64,000 nt of DNA from Alphaproteobacteria bacterium (GCA_041287865.1 JBGGMV010000066.1:7966-71965); one strand, 5' to 3'; counted from the stretch's first letter, positions 1-11,262 are shown. Numbers and translations are program-made. The notes: generated by a model from the sequence alone, not told the origin.

Positions 1-731
1 GGGCGCAGGCCGATGGCCTTGAGACGATCGGCCAGCCACTGGGGCGAGGGGCCGTTCTTCACGCCCTTGATATACCTGCCAATGAATAACGGGCAGGCCT
101 GCGTGTCTTTAATGTCCACGCCAATCGGGCTCTTGAATTTACCCGCAACAGGCGCCGCAGCAGGGGGTTTCAGTTTTCCAAGCACCGCTGCGGCCAAATC
201 ACGCGCAATGCCAAGAATGCCGGCGCAATCACCACGGTTGGGTGTCAGGTTGATTTCGATTACTGCATCGTTCAGGCCGAGGGCCGTAGCGGCATCGCTG
301 CCGGTCGCGAAAGTGTCGGGCAGCTCGATAATGCCTTTATGTTCGTCCGAGAGCAGCAGCTCGCGTTCCGAACACATCATGCCGTTCGATTCCTGCCCGC
401 GGATTTTTGCTTTTTCCAGCGTCTTGTCGATGCCGGGGATATAGCTGCCGGCGGGGGCGAAAACGCCTTTCATGCCCGCCCGCGCATTAGGCGCGCCGCA
501 GACGACTTTCAGTTTTTCCTTGCCGGTATCAACCACAAGGCACTGCAGCCTGTCGGCCTCCGGATGTTTTTCAGCCGTGAGCACATGGCCGACGACAAAA
601 CCGGCCAGCGTCTTGGACGGATCGTCGATGCCTTCGACTTCAAGGCCGATGGCGGTCAGTTTCTGCGAAATCTCGTCCAGCGAGGCGGTGGTGTCGAGAT
701 AATCCTTGAGCCAGGAGAGGGTGAATTTCAT
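1..731 (-). CDS. pheT: Phenylalanine--tRNA ligase beta subunit, N-terminal part (continues past the left window edge)
   Basis: Not in the ORF track because there is no stop inside the window. Reverse-strand translation from the ATG at 731-729 gives MKFTLSWLKDYLDTTASLDEISQKLTAIGLEVEGIDDP, the canonical PheT N-terminus. It starts 11 nt after the pheS stop, with a GGAGAA RBS. Confidence 0.9.
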   Translation of the reverse strand, partial: MKFTLSWLKDYLDTTASLDEISQKLTAIGLEVEGIDDPSKTLAGFVVGHVLTAEKHPEADRLQCLVVDTGKEKLKVVCGAPNARAGMKGVFAPAGSYIPGIDKTLEKAKIRGQESNGMMCSERELLLSDEHKGIIELPDTFATGSDAATALGLNDAVIEINLTPNRGDCAGILGIARDLAAAVLGKLKPPAAAPVAGKFKSPIGVDIKDTQACPLFIGRYIKGVKNGPSPQWLADRLKAIGLR

Positions 732-742
732 GTCTGTTCTCC

Positions 743-1831
743 TTACGCCAGCGCCGGATTGGGCTGGTCCATGGGGCCGAAGCCGTAGTGCCTCAGCCAG
801 CGCAGGTCAGATTCAAAGAAGGTGCGGAGGTCAGGGATGCCGTATTTCAGCATCGCCACACGCTCGATCCCCATGCCGAAGGCAAAGCCTTGGTATTCGT
901 TCGGGTCGATGCCGCAGTTTTTCAGCACGTTCGGATGCACCATGCCGCAGCCCAGAATTTCCAGCCAGTCGGAACCTTCGCCGATTTTCAGCTCGCCCCC
1001 TGCGCGGGAGCAGCCGATATCCATTTCGGCGGAGGGTTCGGTGAAGGGGAAGAAGCTGGGGCGGAAACGCGCCTTCAGCGTATCGACTTCGAAGAAGCGG
1101 CGGCAGAATTCAATCAGGCAACCTTTCAGGTGGCCCATATGCGCCGTCTTGTCGATCAGCAGGCCTTCCATCTGGTGGAACATCGGCGTATGCGTCATGT
1201 CATAGTCGGAACGGAAAGTGCGGCCCGGAATAATAACCTTTATCGGCGGCTTGGTTTCCTGCATCACATGCACCTGCACGGTGGATGTATGCGTGCGCAG
1301 CAGGCGCTTGGCGGCAAGACCTTCCTGCCCCGGTGCGTCGGGGAAATAGAAAGTGTCATGCATCGCGCGCGCAGGGTGGCCCGGCGGGAAGTTAAGCGCG
1401 GTGAAATTGTGGAAGTCGTCCTCGATCTCCGGTCCCTCGGCGACGCTGAAACCCATATCGGCGAAGATTGCGATCATTTCCTCGATCGTTTGCGAAATAG
1501 GGTGGATCGTGCCCTTCTGCTGCACGCGGGGCGAGAGGGTGACGTCGACCTTTTCCTTCGCCAGCCGTTCGTTCAGCGCGGCGCTTTTCAGCGTCAAGGC
1601 GCGCGCCTCGATCTCGGCGGTGATTTCGTCCTTAAGCTTATTAAGCGCTTGTCCCATCTCCTTGCGCTGGTCGGGGGTCATCTGGCCCAGCGTCGCCATC
1701 AGGCCCGTCACCTTGCCTTTTTTGCCAAGGGCGGAGACGCGCACCTCCTCCAGCTTATCGATATCGTTGGCGGCCTTGACCGTTTCAACGATTTCTTTGC
1801 GCAGGGCGTCGATATTGCTCATGTCCGTCAT
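743..1831 (-). CDS. pheS: Phenylalanine--tRNA ligase alpha subunit
   Basis: 362-aa ORF. It carries class II aaRS motifs ([38 protein letters not shown]) and is followed by pheT. Confidence 0.95.
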   Translation of the reverse strand: MTDMSNIDALRKEIVETVKAANDIDKLEEVRVSALGKKGKVTGLMATLGQMTPDQRKEMGQALNKLKDEITAEIEARALTLKSAALNERLAKEKVDVTLSPRVQQKGTIHPISQTIEEMIAIFADMGFSVAEGPEIEDDFHNFTALNFPPGHPARAMHDTFYFPDAPGQEGLAAKRLLRTHTSTVQVHVMQETKPPIKVIIPGRTFRSDYDMTHTPMFHQMEGLLIDKTAHMGHLKGCLIEFCRRFFEVDTLKARFRPSFFPFTEPSAEMDIGCSRAGGELKIGEGSDWLEILGCGMVHPNVLKNCGIDPNEYQGFAFGMGIERVAMLKYGIPDLRTFFESDLRWLRHYGFGPMDQPNPALA

Positions 1832-1837
1832 CTTTCT

Positions 1838-2173
1838 TTAAGGTTCCGTACCGGGCGCGATGGTCACCTGCAGCCCGTCAAGTTTCTCGCTCATCAATAT
1901 CTGGCACGACAGCCGCGAATTGTCGTGAATGTCGAAGGCGTCATCCTGCAGCCGCTCGGTTTCTTCGGCCAGCGGCGGCACAAGCTTCGGCAGCCACGCA
2001 GGGTCGACGTAAACATGGCAGGTGGCGCAGGCCAGCGCGCCGCCGCATTCCGCCTTGATGGCGATGGCCGGATCGTCGCGGCCATAGTCGCGGATGATCT
2101 CCATCACGCGCCAGCCTTCCACGCCTTCCAGCTGGCGTTCATTCCCGTCGCGCCCCGTGACCAGTATCTTCAT
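1838..2173 (-). CDS. [2Fe-2S] ferredoxin, adrenodoxin/putidaredoxin type
   Basis: This is the last 111 aa of track ORF 1838-2578, starting at MKILVTGRDG. It has the cysteine pattern CGGALACATCHV...SRLSCQ. The upstream part of the track ORF overlaps the next gene in another frame. Confidence 0.85.
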   Translation of the reverse strand: MKILVTGRDGNERQLEGVEGWRVMEIIRDYGRDDPAIAIKAECGGALACATCHVYVDPAWLPKLVPPLAEETERLQDDAFDIHDNSRLSCQILMSEKLDGLQVTIAPGTEP

Positions 2174-2937
2174 GCCGCTTTCTCCCGGTCGATGCGGCCC
2201 AGCATTTCCTTCATGGCGTAGCAGCCAGAGGCCGCCAGCAGCGATAATTCGATCGGCATCAGCAATGCGGCCAGCGCGACGGTGATGGCCGTGGGCTTTG
2301 TCTTGATCGTGAGGGCTTCGGGCGACGTCAGGGTAAACAACCCGGCCTCGACAAAGAACAGCGGCGAAAGGCAGACGATGGAAAGGCCCAGCAGGCTCAG
2401 CGATATGCGAATGCCGTTGACCTGGAAGATATAGCGCTTGATCGAATAGCCGACCGAGGCGAGAAGGGGCACGACCCCGAAACGCAACGACCAGAAAGAA
2501 GCACCGATCAGCAACAGCAGGAACATGTTGGCTCCGCCGCTTTGCTGCAGCTGCGGGTTCTGCATGAACCATGTGCAATAGCCTTTAAAGCCCGCCCACC
2601 ACGCGGACCAGAGCAGCCAGACGATCACCGTCACCTTCAGCCAGTGATGCCGTTCGCGCATTTCCTCCGGCGTCGATCCCTTGAAAGGCGCGCGCTCGCC
2701 CAGCAGCAGCAGGCGGGACAGCATAAAGAGATACCAGCCGAACAGCGTCAGGTAAGGCAGCGACAGCGCGTAGTACATGAACTCGGTCATGTATTGCTGG
2801 TTGTAGAAAATGGCCATGTTGGTGATCAGCAGCACGCCGGTCGGCAAAATGGCGAGACGCGCCAGATACCGCCATTCGCGGATGACGAAGATGTAACCGT
2901 TCCTGACGGCCGCCATGATGCTGAATTTGGTGCTCAT
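2170..2937 (-). CDS. Multi-pass membrane protein, unknown function
   Basis: Track ORF 2170-2970. There are several hydrophobic helices (LAILPTGVLLITNMAIF, FMYYALSLPYLTLFGWYLFML and others). I prefer the start at MSTKF (2937), though 2970 is possible. Its stop overlaps the ferredoxin start by 4 nt. Confidence 0.6.
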   Translation of the reverse strand: MSTKFSIMAAVRNGYIFVIREWRYLARLAILPTGVLLITNMAIFYNQQYMTEFMYYALSLPYLTLFGWYLFMLSRLLLLGERAPFKGSTPEEMRERHHWLKVTVIVWLLWSAWWAGFKGYCTWFMQNPQLQQSGGANMFLLLLIGASFWSLRFGVVPLLASVGYSIKRYIFQVNGIRISLSLLGLSIVCLSPLFFVEAGLFTLTSPEALTIKTKPTAITVALAALLMPIELSLLAASGCYAMKEMLGRIDREKAA

Positions 2938-2997
2938 ATTGTTTTGCAGCCTTTCGGCTGCCGCCCCCAAAAAAGTTTCCCTATTTTTCCACCGGAA

Positions 2998-4104
<1,107 letters not shown>

Positions 4105-4623
4105 TTAGCAGGGGGGATAGTAGGTGAAAACGCTGGGGTCGTCAGGCAGGCAGCGGTCAAGGAAGCGGCGGAACTTGCCGAACTTGCCGGACTCAACGTG
4201 CGCGGCGGGCAGCTTATCGCGGCAGGCTTCCTGCAGCTGGTGGCGGCCGATATGGCCCAGCACCTTGGTGATTTCCCAGCGGCTGTCGAGGCGTTCGACA
4301 TGGTTGTCGAAGGTCAGCGCGGTGATTTCGTAGAGGTTTTCTTTGACCTGCGTCGCCGTCAGCGCGGTTTCGAATTTCTGGTCGCCCTGTTTCAGCTGCG
4401 CGGTCAGGGTGATGGTTTTGCCGTCTTCCGACTTTTTCAGGTCATAGGCATATTCGCCGGTTTCTTTTTTCACCGCATAGCCGGTATTCAGCGCCAGCGC
4501 GCGGGGCAGGGCGGCTTCTCCATAGTACGGTTGCGGGCAGAGCAGCTCGGTCAGCTCGTGCTCGAAAAACTGGTTGCCGCGACGGCCATGATATGCGAAC
4601 TGGGGCGAAATAAAGGGCGGCAT
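4105..4623 (-). CDS. Hypothetical protein
   Basis: 172-aa ORF filling the gap between FNR and the PSRP gene. It has no recognisable motif. Coding is inferred only from ORF length and position. Confidence 0.5.
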   Translation of the reverse strand: MPPFISPQFAYHGRRGNQFFEHELTELLCPQPYYGEAALPRALALNTGYAVKKETGEYAYDLKKSEDGKTITLTAQLKQGDQKFETALTATQVKENLYEITALTFDNHVERLDSRWEITKVLGHIGRHQLQEACRDKLPAAHVESGKFGKFRRFLDRCLPDDPSVFTYYPPC

Positions 4624-4757
4624 GGGGATACACTTAACGGGTTGTTTTTAATGCCGTTTATCCTATTCCTGCCCCCTCCGCTTGTCAAGAAATATGAAAA
4701 ATCATGCAATATCAAAGAGTTTTATGGCAGCGGGTAAAAATTGCTAGAGTAAGGCCG

Positions 4758-5585
4758 ATGAAAAAATACCACCTGCACCTGATCTCCGATTCCACCGGCG
4801 GCACGCTGAATAGCGTGGTGAAGGCCTGCCTTGCCCAGTTCGAAGGGGTCGAGGCCGAACAGCATTTCTGGCCGCTGATCCGTACGCAAAAACAATTGCT
4901 GACCGCCATCGAAGGTATCCGCAAGCATCCGGGCCTCGCATTTTATACGCTGGTCGACGAAGGCCTCGCCAAGGCGCTGGAAAAACATTGCCAGGGCATG
5001 GGCGTGCCGACGATTTCGATTTTGCATCCCGTGCTGCAGATGATGTCGGGTTATTTCGGCATGACCTCGCTGGCCGAACCCGGGTTGCAGCATAAACTGA
5101 ACGAAGAATATTTCGCGCGCATGGATGCGGTCGACTACGCGCTGCATCATGACGACGGGCAGAAGAACGACCGCGATATCGCCAAGGCCGATGTGATTTT
5201 GGTCGGCGTCTCGCGCACCTCGAAAACGCCCACCTGCATTTACCTTGCCAACCGCGGCGTCAAGGCGGCCAACGTGCCTTATGTGCCGGGCATCCCGTTT
5301 CCTGAAAAAATTATCGAGTTGAAAAAGCCGATGTTCGTGGCGCTGACGGCCGCACCCGAACGCCTGATCGATATCCGCCGGAACCGCCTGCAGCAGCTGG
5401 GCGAATTGCGCTCGACCGACTACCTCGACACCGACCGCGTGCAGGAAGAAGTGCGCGAGGCGCGCCGTTTCTACAACCGCATGGGCTGGCCCGTCATCGA
5501 TGTCACGCGCCGCTCGATCGAGGAGACGGCGGCGGAGATTCTCGGCCTGCTCGAGGCGCATCGCGCGGAGAGGAAGGGCGCATGA
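4758..5585 (+). CDS. Pyruvate,phosphate dikinase / PEP synthase regulatory protein (PSRP, DUF299 kinase/pyrophosphorylase)
   Basis: Begins MKKYHLHLISDSTGGT and has the P-loop-like GVSRTSKTPT. I placed the start at ATG 4758, an internal Met of track ORF 4704-5585, which is preceded by GAGTAAGG. Confidence 0.85.
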   Translation: MKKYHLHLISDSTGGTLNSVVKACLAQFEGVEAEQHFWPLIRTQKQLLTAIEGIRKHPGLAFYTLVDEGLAKALEKHCQGMGVPTISILHPVLQMMSGYFGMTSLAEPGLQHKLNEEYFARMDAVDYALHHDDGQKNDRDIAKADVILVGVSRTSKTPTCIYLANRGVKAANVPYVPGIPFPEKIIELKKPMFVALTAAPERLIDIRRNRLQQLGELRSTDYLDTDRVQEEVREARRFYNRMGWPVIDVTRRSIEETAAEILGLLEAHRAERKGA

Positions 5586-6415
5586 GCGAAGATCATGCCC
5601 TTAAAGCCTGTGTGATGGGCTTCCCCGTCTCGCATTCGCTGTCGCCGAAACTGCATGGCTGGTGGCTGCAGAAATACGGCATCGACGGTGCCTATACATC
5701 CATGGCGGTCGATGTAGCGAACCTGAAGGACGCCTTCACGCTGCTCAAGGAACGCGGCTTTCGCGGCTGCAACCTGACCCTGCCGCTGAAAGAATCCGCG
5801 CTGTCGATGATGGATGAGCACGACGAAAGCTGCCTGATGTCGGGCGCGGTCAATACCGTGGTGATCGATAAAGGCCGGTTGCACGGCTATAACAGCGACG
5901 GTTTCGGTTTTGCCGAAAGCCTGACGGCGCAGGCGCCCGGCTGGAACGGCGAGCGCGTTGTTATTCTCGGCACCGGCGGCGCTGCGCGCGGCATCATCGC
6001 GTCTTTGCGCGGCGCTGGCGCGAAGCATTTCGTGCTCGTCAACCGCACGCCTGAAAAGGCTGACAAGATCGTCAAGGCCTTCAAGCTGGAGAGCGAGGTC
6101 TATGCCTGGGATCAGCGCCATGAAGCGCTGAAGGATGCGACGCTGCTGGTCAATTGCTCCAACCTCGGCATGAAAGACCAGCCGGCGCTCGATCTTTCGC
6201 TCGATACCCTGCCCGCCGAAGCGGTGGTGGCCGATATCGTCTACCGCCCCCTCGAAACCGGCCTGCTGAAAAAGGCCAAGGCGCGCGGCAACAAAACGGT
6301 GGAAGGCCTCGGGATGCTGCTGCATCAGGGGCGTCTCGGGTTTGGTCACTGGTTCGGCCGCGATCCGGAAGTGACGCCGGAGCTTTATAAATATATGGAA
6401 GGACTAGCCGCATGA
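5582..6415 (+). CDS. aroE: Shikimate dehydrogenase
   Basis: 277 aa. It carries GFPVSHSLSPKLHG, NLTLPLKE, NTV and GTGGAARG motifs. It has a 4-nt overlap with the PSRP stop. Confidence 0.9.
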   Translation: MSEDHALKACVMGFPVSHSLSPKLHGWWLQKYGIDGAYTSMAVDVANLKDAFTLLKERGFRGCNLTLPLKESALSMMDEHDESCLMSGAVNTVVIDKGRLHGYNSDGFGFAESLTAQAPGWNGERVVILGTGGAARGIIASLRGAGAKHFVLVNRTPEKADKIVKAFKLESEVYAWDQRHEALKDATLLVNCSNLGMKDQPALDLSLDTLPAEAVVADIVYRPLETGLLKKAKARGNKTVEGLGMLLHQGRLGFGHWFGRDPEVTPELYKYMEGLAA

Positions 6416-7032
6416 TCATCGCCGGATTAACAGGGTCTATCGGCATGGGCAAATCGACGGCATCGAACATGCTGCGCGAGATGGGCGTGCCGATCCACGA
6501 TTCAGACGCCACCGTGCATGAGCTGATGGGCAAGGGCGGCAAGGCTGTCGCGGCCATCGCCGCGCTCTGCCCCGAATGTCATGTCGATGGCGGCATCGAC
6601 CGCAAGATACTGGGCAAATATCTTTTCGCCGACCCCGCCCTGAAACAGGCGGTCGAAGATGTGCTCTTCCCGCTGGTCAAGCAATCGGCTGTTGATTTCA
6701 TCGCGCTGAAGAAAACCGAAGGCCATGCGCTGGCGGTGCTCGACGTGCCGCTGCTGTTCGAGGCCGGCTGGGACAAGATGGTCGATAAGGTCATCTGCGT
6801 CTCCGCCCCGCCCGAGGTGCAGAAGGCCCGCGTCATGGCCCGCCCCGGCATGACGGAGGAACGCTTCAACGCCGTGCTGAAGGCGCAGATGAGCGACGCC
6901 GACAAGCGCGCGAAATCGGACTTCATCATTGATACGGGCGTTGGTATGGATGATACGCGCGCGCAGTTGAAAAAACTGGTGGATACGCTGCGTCCTGCCG
7001 CGCGTCCGAACCCACCCGGAATTAAACCATGA
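6412..7032 (+). CDS. coaE: Dephospho-CoA kinase (copy 1)
   Basis: 206 aa, starting MIIAGLTGSIGMGKST (P-loop), with D-PLLFE. It sits in the conserved aroE-coaE-dnaQ arrangement. Confidence 0.9.
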   Translation: MIIAGLTGSIGMGKSTASNMLREMGVPIHDSDATVHELMGKGGKAVAAIAALCPECHVDGGIDRKILGKYLFADPALKQAVEDVLFPLVKQSAVDFIALKKTEGHALAVLDVPLLFEAGWDKMVDKVICVSAPPEVQKARVMARPGMTEERFNAVLKAQMSDADKRAKSDFIIDTGVGMDDTRAQLKKLVDTLRPAARPNPPGIKP

Positions 7033-7646
7033 TCGTAATCGGTATTACCGGCTCGATCGGCATGGGCAAGACCACGGCGGCCAACATGCTGCGCGAGATG
7101 GGCATCCCCGTGCACGACAGCGACGCCAGCGTGCACAAGCTGCTGGGCCCCGACGGCGCAGGCGTGGAAAGGGTCGCGCAGAAATTCCCCGAGGCGGTGC
7201 GCACCGACGAAGCCGGCCATAGCTATATCGACCGGCAGGCGCTGGGCAGAATAGTGTTTGGTGACCGCAATAAAAAACGCGAACTGGAAGAAATCCTGCA
7301 TCCGATCGTGCGCGCCGAAAGCGACGCCTTTAAAGAAGAAATGCGCCAAAAGGCCCATAAAATCATCGCGCTGGATATTCCCCTGCTGTTCGAGACGGGC
7401 GGCGAGAAACGGGTCGATGTAACCCTTTGCGTCACCGCGTCGAAAGACGAACAAAGGAAGCGCGTCATGGCGCGCCCTGGCATGACGTCCGATAAATTCG
7501 ATCGCATCGTCGCGGGCCAGCTGCCCGACGCCGAAAAACGCAAAAGGGCAGACTATGTGGTGGAAACGGATATCAGTCTCGATGAAACGCGCAAGCAGCT
7601 GCAAAAAATCATCGACCTTGTGCGCACGCAGCGCCGCCGCCGTTGA
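7029..7646 (+). CDS. Dephospho-CoA kinase paralog (copy 2)
   Basis: 205 aa, starting MIVIGITGSIGMGKTT, with LDIPLLFETG. It aligns with copy 1 along its whole length but is clearly diverged. It has a 4-nt overlap with copy 1. Confidence 0.85.
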   Translation: MIVIGITGSIGMGKTTAANMLREMGIPVHDSDASVHKLLGPDGAGVERVAQKFPEAVRTDEAGHSYIDRQALGRIVFGDRNKKRELEEILHPIVRAESDAFKEEMRQKAHKIIALDIPLLFETGGEKRVDVTLCVTASKDEQRKRVMARPGMTSDKFDRIVAGQLPDAEKRKRADYVVETDISLDETRKQLQKIIDLVRTQRRRR

Positions 7647-7647
7647 C

Positions 7648-8379
7648 ATGAAAAAGTTTCTTTTCGCCTTGCTGCTTTTCGCAACGCCCGTCCATGCGGC
7701 CGACAGCGTCGTGGTGGCCGAGCTGTTTACCTCCCAGGGCTGTTCCTCCTGCCCGCCCGCGCAGGCCTTTCTGGGCGAACTGGCGAAACGCGACGACGTG
7801 CTGGCGCTGGAGCTGCATGTCGACTACTGGGATAATCTTAAAACCATGCTGCATGGCACATGGAAAGATCCTTACTCCGACAACGCATGGTCGCAGCGGC
7901 AGCTGGAATACAACCGCCGCATGACGGGCGAGGAAGAGGCGAGGGTCTATACGCCCGAGATGGTAATCGACGGCCGCTTTCAGGAAACCGGCAGCAAGAA
8001 AAGCGCGGTGAACGACATGATCGAACAGGCGCGCAGTTTGCGCCGCGGCGTCTATACCATCACCACCGCGTCGACAGACAAGGGCGTCGATATCAAGGTC
8101 GATGGCGCGGGCAAGGGCATCATGAAACCGCAACAGGTTGTGCTGGTGCGCCTGATCACCGAAGCCGAGACAAAAATAACGGCGGGCGAAAATAACGGCG
8201 ACCTGCTGAAGGGCTATAACGTCGTGAAGGACATGATGGTGGTGGGGACATGGAGCGGCGGCAAGGAAACCTATAATGCCCCCATCCCGCCCTTCAAGGC
8301 AGGGGAGAGCTGCGCCGTGCTGCTGCAAGACCCTGAAAACATGCATATTATATCGGGCGCGAAATGCACATTGAACTGA
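7648..8379 (+). CDS. DUF1223-family secreted protein (thioredoxin-like)
   Basis: Internal start at MKKFLFALLLFATPVHA (signal peptide), followed by VVAELFTSQGCSSCPPA, which is characteristic of DUF1223. Confidence 0.8.
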   Translation: MKKFLFALLLFATPVHAADSVVVAELFTSQGCSSCPPAQAFLGELAKRDDVLALELHVDYWDNLKTMLHGTWKDPYSDNAWSQRQLEYNRRMTGEEEARVYTPEMVIDGRFQETGSKKSAVNDMIEQARSLRRGVYTITTASTDKGVDIKVDGAGKGIMKPQQVVLVRLITEAETKITAGENNGDLLKGYNVVKDMMVVGTWSGGKETYNAPIPPFKAGESCAVLLQDPENMHIISGAKCTLN

Positions 8380-8405
8380 ATCACAACGGCTGGTAATTTT
8401 CGCCC

Positions 8406-9140
8406 ATGCGTGAAATCGTCCTCGATACCGAAACCACGGGCTTCGACCCCGAAGAAGGCCACAAGCTGGTCGAGATCGGCTGCGTCGAGCTTGAAAATCA
8501 TATCCCGACGGGCCGTGTTTTCCAGACCTACCTGAACCCGCAGCGCGACGTGCCGGCTGAAGCCGCGCGCGTCCACGGCCTGACCACCGAATTTTTGAAA
8601 GACAAGCCGCTGTTCACCGAAAAGGTCGGCGACTTCCTCGATTTCATCACCGACGGCACGCTGGTGATCCACAACGCCGAATTCGACATGAAGTTCATCA
8701 ACTTCGAGCTGAAGGAAGCGGGCTTCAAGCCGTTGCAGATGGCGCGCGTCATCGACACCCTGCCCATCGCTCGGCAGAAATACCCCGGCCAGCCAGCCTC
8801 GCTCGATGCGCTCTGCCGCAGATTTAAAATCGACCTGACAGAACGTAAATTCCACGGCGCCTTGCTCGACTGCCAGTTGCTGGCGGAAGTGTATCTGGAG
8901 CTGAAAGGCGGCCGGCAGCATGGCCTCAGCCTGATGAGTGAAGCCGCGATCGCCGGTTCCGTCCAGTTAAACGCCAAAATCAGGCGCCAGAAACGCGCCC
9001 ACCGCCACTTCCCCGCAACGGCGGAGGAAGAAAAAACGCATGGCGGCTTTATCGAGAAGATCAAGAACAGCCTCTGGTCACAGCTGACCGGCGCCGCCCC
9101 GCCTGCCGAAGAAAAGAAGAAAGACGGCACAAAAGGCTGA
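8406..9140 (+). CDS. dnaQ: DNA polymerase III epsilon subunit (3'-5' exonuclease)
   Basis: Begins MREIVLDTETTGFDP (ExoI). It also has VIHNAEFDMKFIN (ExoII) and FHGALLDCQLLAEVY (ExoIII). Confidence 0.92.
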   Translation: MREIVLDTETTGFDPEEGHKLVEIGCVELENHIPTGRVFQTYLNPQRDVPAEAARVHGLTTEFLKDKPLFTEKVGDFLDFITDGTLVIHNAEFDMKFINFELKEAGFKPLQMARVIDTLPIARQKYPGQPASLDALCRRFKIDLTERKFHGALLDCQLLAEVYLELKGGRQHGLSLMSEAAIAGSVQLNAKIRRQKRAHRHFPATAEEEKTHGGFIEKIKNSLWSQLTGAAPPAEEKKKDGTKG

Positions 9141-9175
9141 TTTAAACTAAACAAACAAACCGCGCACTTTATGCG

Positions 9176-9220
9176 CAAACAAAAACGCCGCCCGGTTTTC
9201 CGAGGCGGCGGTTTTGTTTG
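9176..9220. terminator. Bidirectional rho-independent terminator between convergent dnaQ and secB
   Basis: The sequence caaacaaaaacgccgcc / ggcggcggttttgtttg forms a hairpin of about 17 bp with A/T runs on both flanks. Confidence 0.8.
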
Positions 9221-9232
9221 CGTAAGTAAAGC

Positions 9233-9775
9233 TTAGGCTTTCGCGACTTCCTTTTCGCCTTTTTCCTGCTGGCGCTTCACTTCGTTGAGGTAGATCGCCT
9301 CGAAGCTGATGGGCGTCAGGAACAGCGGGGGATAGCCGCCGGCGGAGGTGACGTTCGCCACAATCTCGCGCGCGAAGGGGAAGAGCAGTTTCGGCACTTC
9401 CACCATGATGGCGGGGGCGTGGCGGTCCTGCGGGATGTTCTGCAGCACGACCAGCGCGCCGTATGAAAGATCGATGATGAAGCAGGGCTTGCGCTGGCCA
9501 TTGTCTTTTTCTTCCAGCGGTTTCACGGCTTCGATGCGGAAGTTGACGCTGCACTCGTAAGCGTCTTCGCGGATCGGCTGGTGGCGCAGGAAGATCTGCA
9601 CGTTGGTTTCGGGCGTCGGCCATTTCGAAATCAGGCTTTCCGGCGCGTTCGGGTTTTCGAACGAGAAATCCTTGATGTACTGCGCCACGACCTGGATGCC
9701 GGGGGCGTTATTCGCCTGCGCGCTGGCCGAAGGCATGGTCGCGGGCTTCGCTTCGGGCTTCTTGTCTTTTGCCAT
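9233..9775 (-). CDS. secB: Protein-export chaperone SecB
   Basis: 180 aa. The sequence IQVVAQYIKDFSFENPNAP...VNFRIEA...LLFPFAREIVANVTSAGGYPPL is typical SecB. Confidence 0.9.
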   Translation of the reverse strand: MAKDKKPEAKPATMPSASAQANNAPGIQVVAQYIKDFSFENPNAPESLISKWPTPETNVQIFLRHQPIREDAYECSVNFRIEAVKPLEEKDNGQRKPCFIIDLSYGALVVLQNIPQDRHAPAIMVEVPKLLFPFAREIVANVTSAGGYPPLFLTPISFEAIYLNEVKRQQEKGEKEVAKA

Positions 9776-9870
9776 AATTTGTTAATCCTTTTGGATGGTC
9801 ACTGCGTTTTACCTGCCCAATGCGTAGCATGGGCCTTATATGACCGCAAGATATGCCTGAAACCCGCAGT

Positions 9871-10347
9871 TTAGGGCAGTTTTTCGGTATCGTCGACGCG
9901 GAGGTATTCGCCCTCGATCACGGTCGTCTTCGGGGGTGAACCGGCGCTATCCGTCCGGCGCATATGCGACCAGCTGCGGTAACTGCGGCGCAGCACATGG
10001 TCGGGGCTTTTCTGCGTACGGGTGAACAGCCACTGGCGAAGCGACGGCACCAGCAGCGGCACAGCGATAAAATCGCTGATGAAGCCCGGGAAAATCAGCA
10101 GCAGCGCCGCAATCAGCATGCAGAGGCTGGCAAAGATGCTTTCGCCGCCGAATACTTCCGCATCGTCGGATGCCGCCGCGCGCGACAGCGCCATCGATCC
10201 GCCCATGGTCAGCAGGTAAAAACCGGCAGAAGCCGCAAAGAACAGCCAGAGCAGCGTGGCGAAAAAACCGATGCTGCCGCCGATAAAGATAAAGCCCAGC
10301 AGCTCGGCCAGCGGCAGCAGGGTCAGGGGTGATAAAAAGTTAATCAT
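9871..10347 (-). CDS. fxsA: FxsA-family membrane protein
   Basis: Internal start at MINFLSPLTLLPLAELLGFIFIGGSIGFFATLLW, which is the FxsA N-terminal pattern, followed by FPGFISDFIA. This is the truncated form of track ORF 9871-10428. Confidence 0.75.
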   Translation of the reverse strand: MINFLSPLTLLPLAELLGFIFIGGSIGFFATLLWLFFAASAGFYLLTMGGSMALSRAAASDDAEVFGGESIFASLCMLIAALLLIFPGFISDFIAVPLLVPSLRQWLFTRTQKSPDHVLRRSYRSWSHMRRTDSAGSPPKTTVIEGEYLRVDDTEKLP

Positions 10348-10542
10348 TTCAGCCGCTTGGGAATAGAGGGAATCTTTACGTTTTACGCCTATATTTATAA
10401 TGGGTGTAAAACTGGATGGATACACCAAAATAAGATAGAATCTAATGAAGGACCTGCAAGAGCTGTGCGTTAGCTTTACAGCATCAAAAACAAAGGCCGC
10501 GCTACAAAATTACAAGAGTTTGGCAGAAAGAGGACGGTTAGG

Positions 10543-11229
10543 GTGGATATTCTCATTTTCGCGGTTATCGCGGCATTTCTCGTCTACAGGCTGCATTCCG
10601 TGCTGGGCTCGAAACCCGGCAATCCCGACGAACGCCAGCGCCCGAACCCCTTCTCATCCGATGCGCCCCAGCCGGCCAAGGCTGTCGTGCAACCGCTGAA
10701 ACACCAGCGCCCCGTATTGCCCCCCCAGCCGCTCGACCTCGGCATGGTGGATAGCGAAGCCAACAAGGACGGCCGCATCGAGCAAGGCCTTGCCGATATC
10801 ATCACCGAAGATGCCAGCTTCGAGATCAATAGCTTCATGCAGGGCGCGCGCTATGCCTTCGAAATGGTCGTGACCTCCTATGCGAAGGGCGACCTGCCCG
10901 CGCTGCAACCGCTGCTCAGCGAAAAGCTCTACGGCGATTTCAAGGCCGGTGTGGCCGCGCGCGAACAGGCGGGCCATGTTTCCGATGTTACCATCCACCG
11001 CATCAAATCCGCGCGCCTGACCGACGCCCATATGGGCGGGTTGATGGCCTATATCACGGTATCTTTTGAAGTCGAGGAAACCTCCGTCACCCGCGACCGT
11101 GCCGGCGTGGTTGTCTCCGGCAGCCCCGATGAAATCACCACCATCGAAGACGTCTGGACCTTTACGCGCGACGTACGCTCCTCCGACCCCAACTGGATTC
11201 TTATTGAGACGCGGGCCGTAGAGAAGTAA
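10543..11229 (+). CDS. Tim44-like domain protein
   Basis: GTG start. It has an N-terminal TM helix (MDILIFAVIAAFLVYRL) and a C-terminal region (FMQGARYAFEMVVTSYAKGD...WTFTRD...DPNWIL) that matches the bacterial Tim44-like pattern. Confidence 0.75.
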   Translation: MDILIFAVIAAFLVYRLHSVLGSKPGNPDERQRPNPFSSDAPQPAKAVVQPLKHQRPVLPPQPLDLGMVDSEANKDGRIEQGLADIITEDASFEINSFMQGARYAFEMVVTSYAKGDLPALQPLLSEKLYGDFKAGVAAREQAGHVSDVTIHRIKSARLTDAHMGGLMAYITVSFEVEETSVTRDRAGVVVSGSPDEITTIEDVWTFTRDVRSSDPNWILIETRAVEK

Positions 11230-11262
11230 TCTGTCCCCTGTATTTCCGAAGGGGATTTTTCC

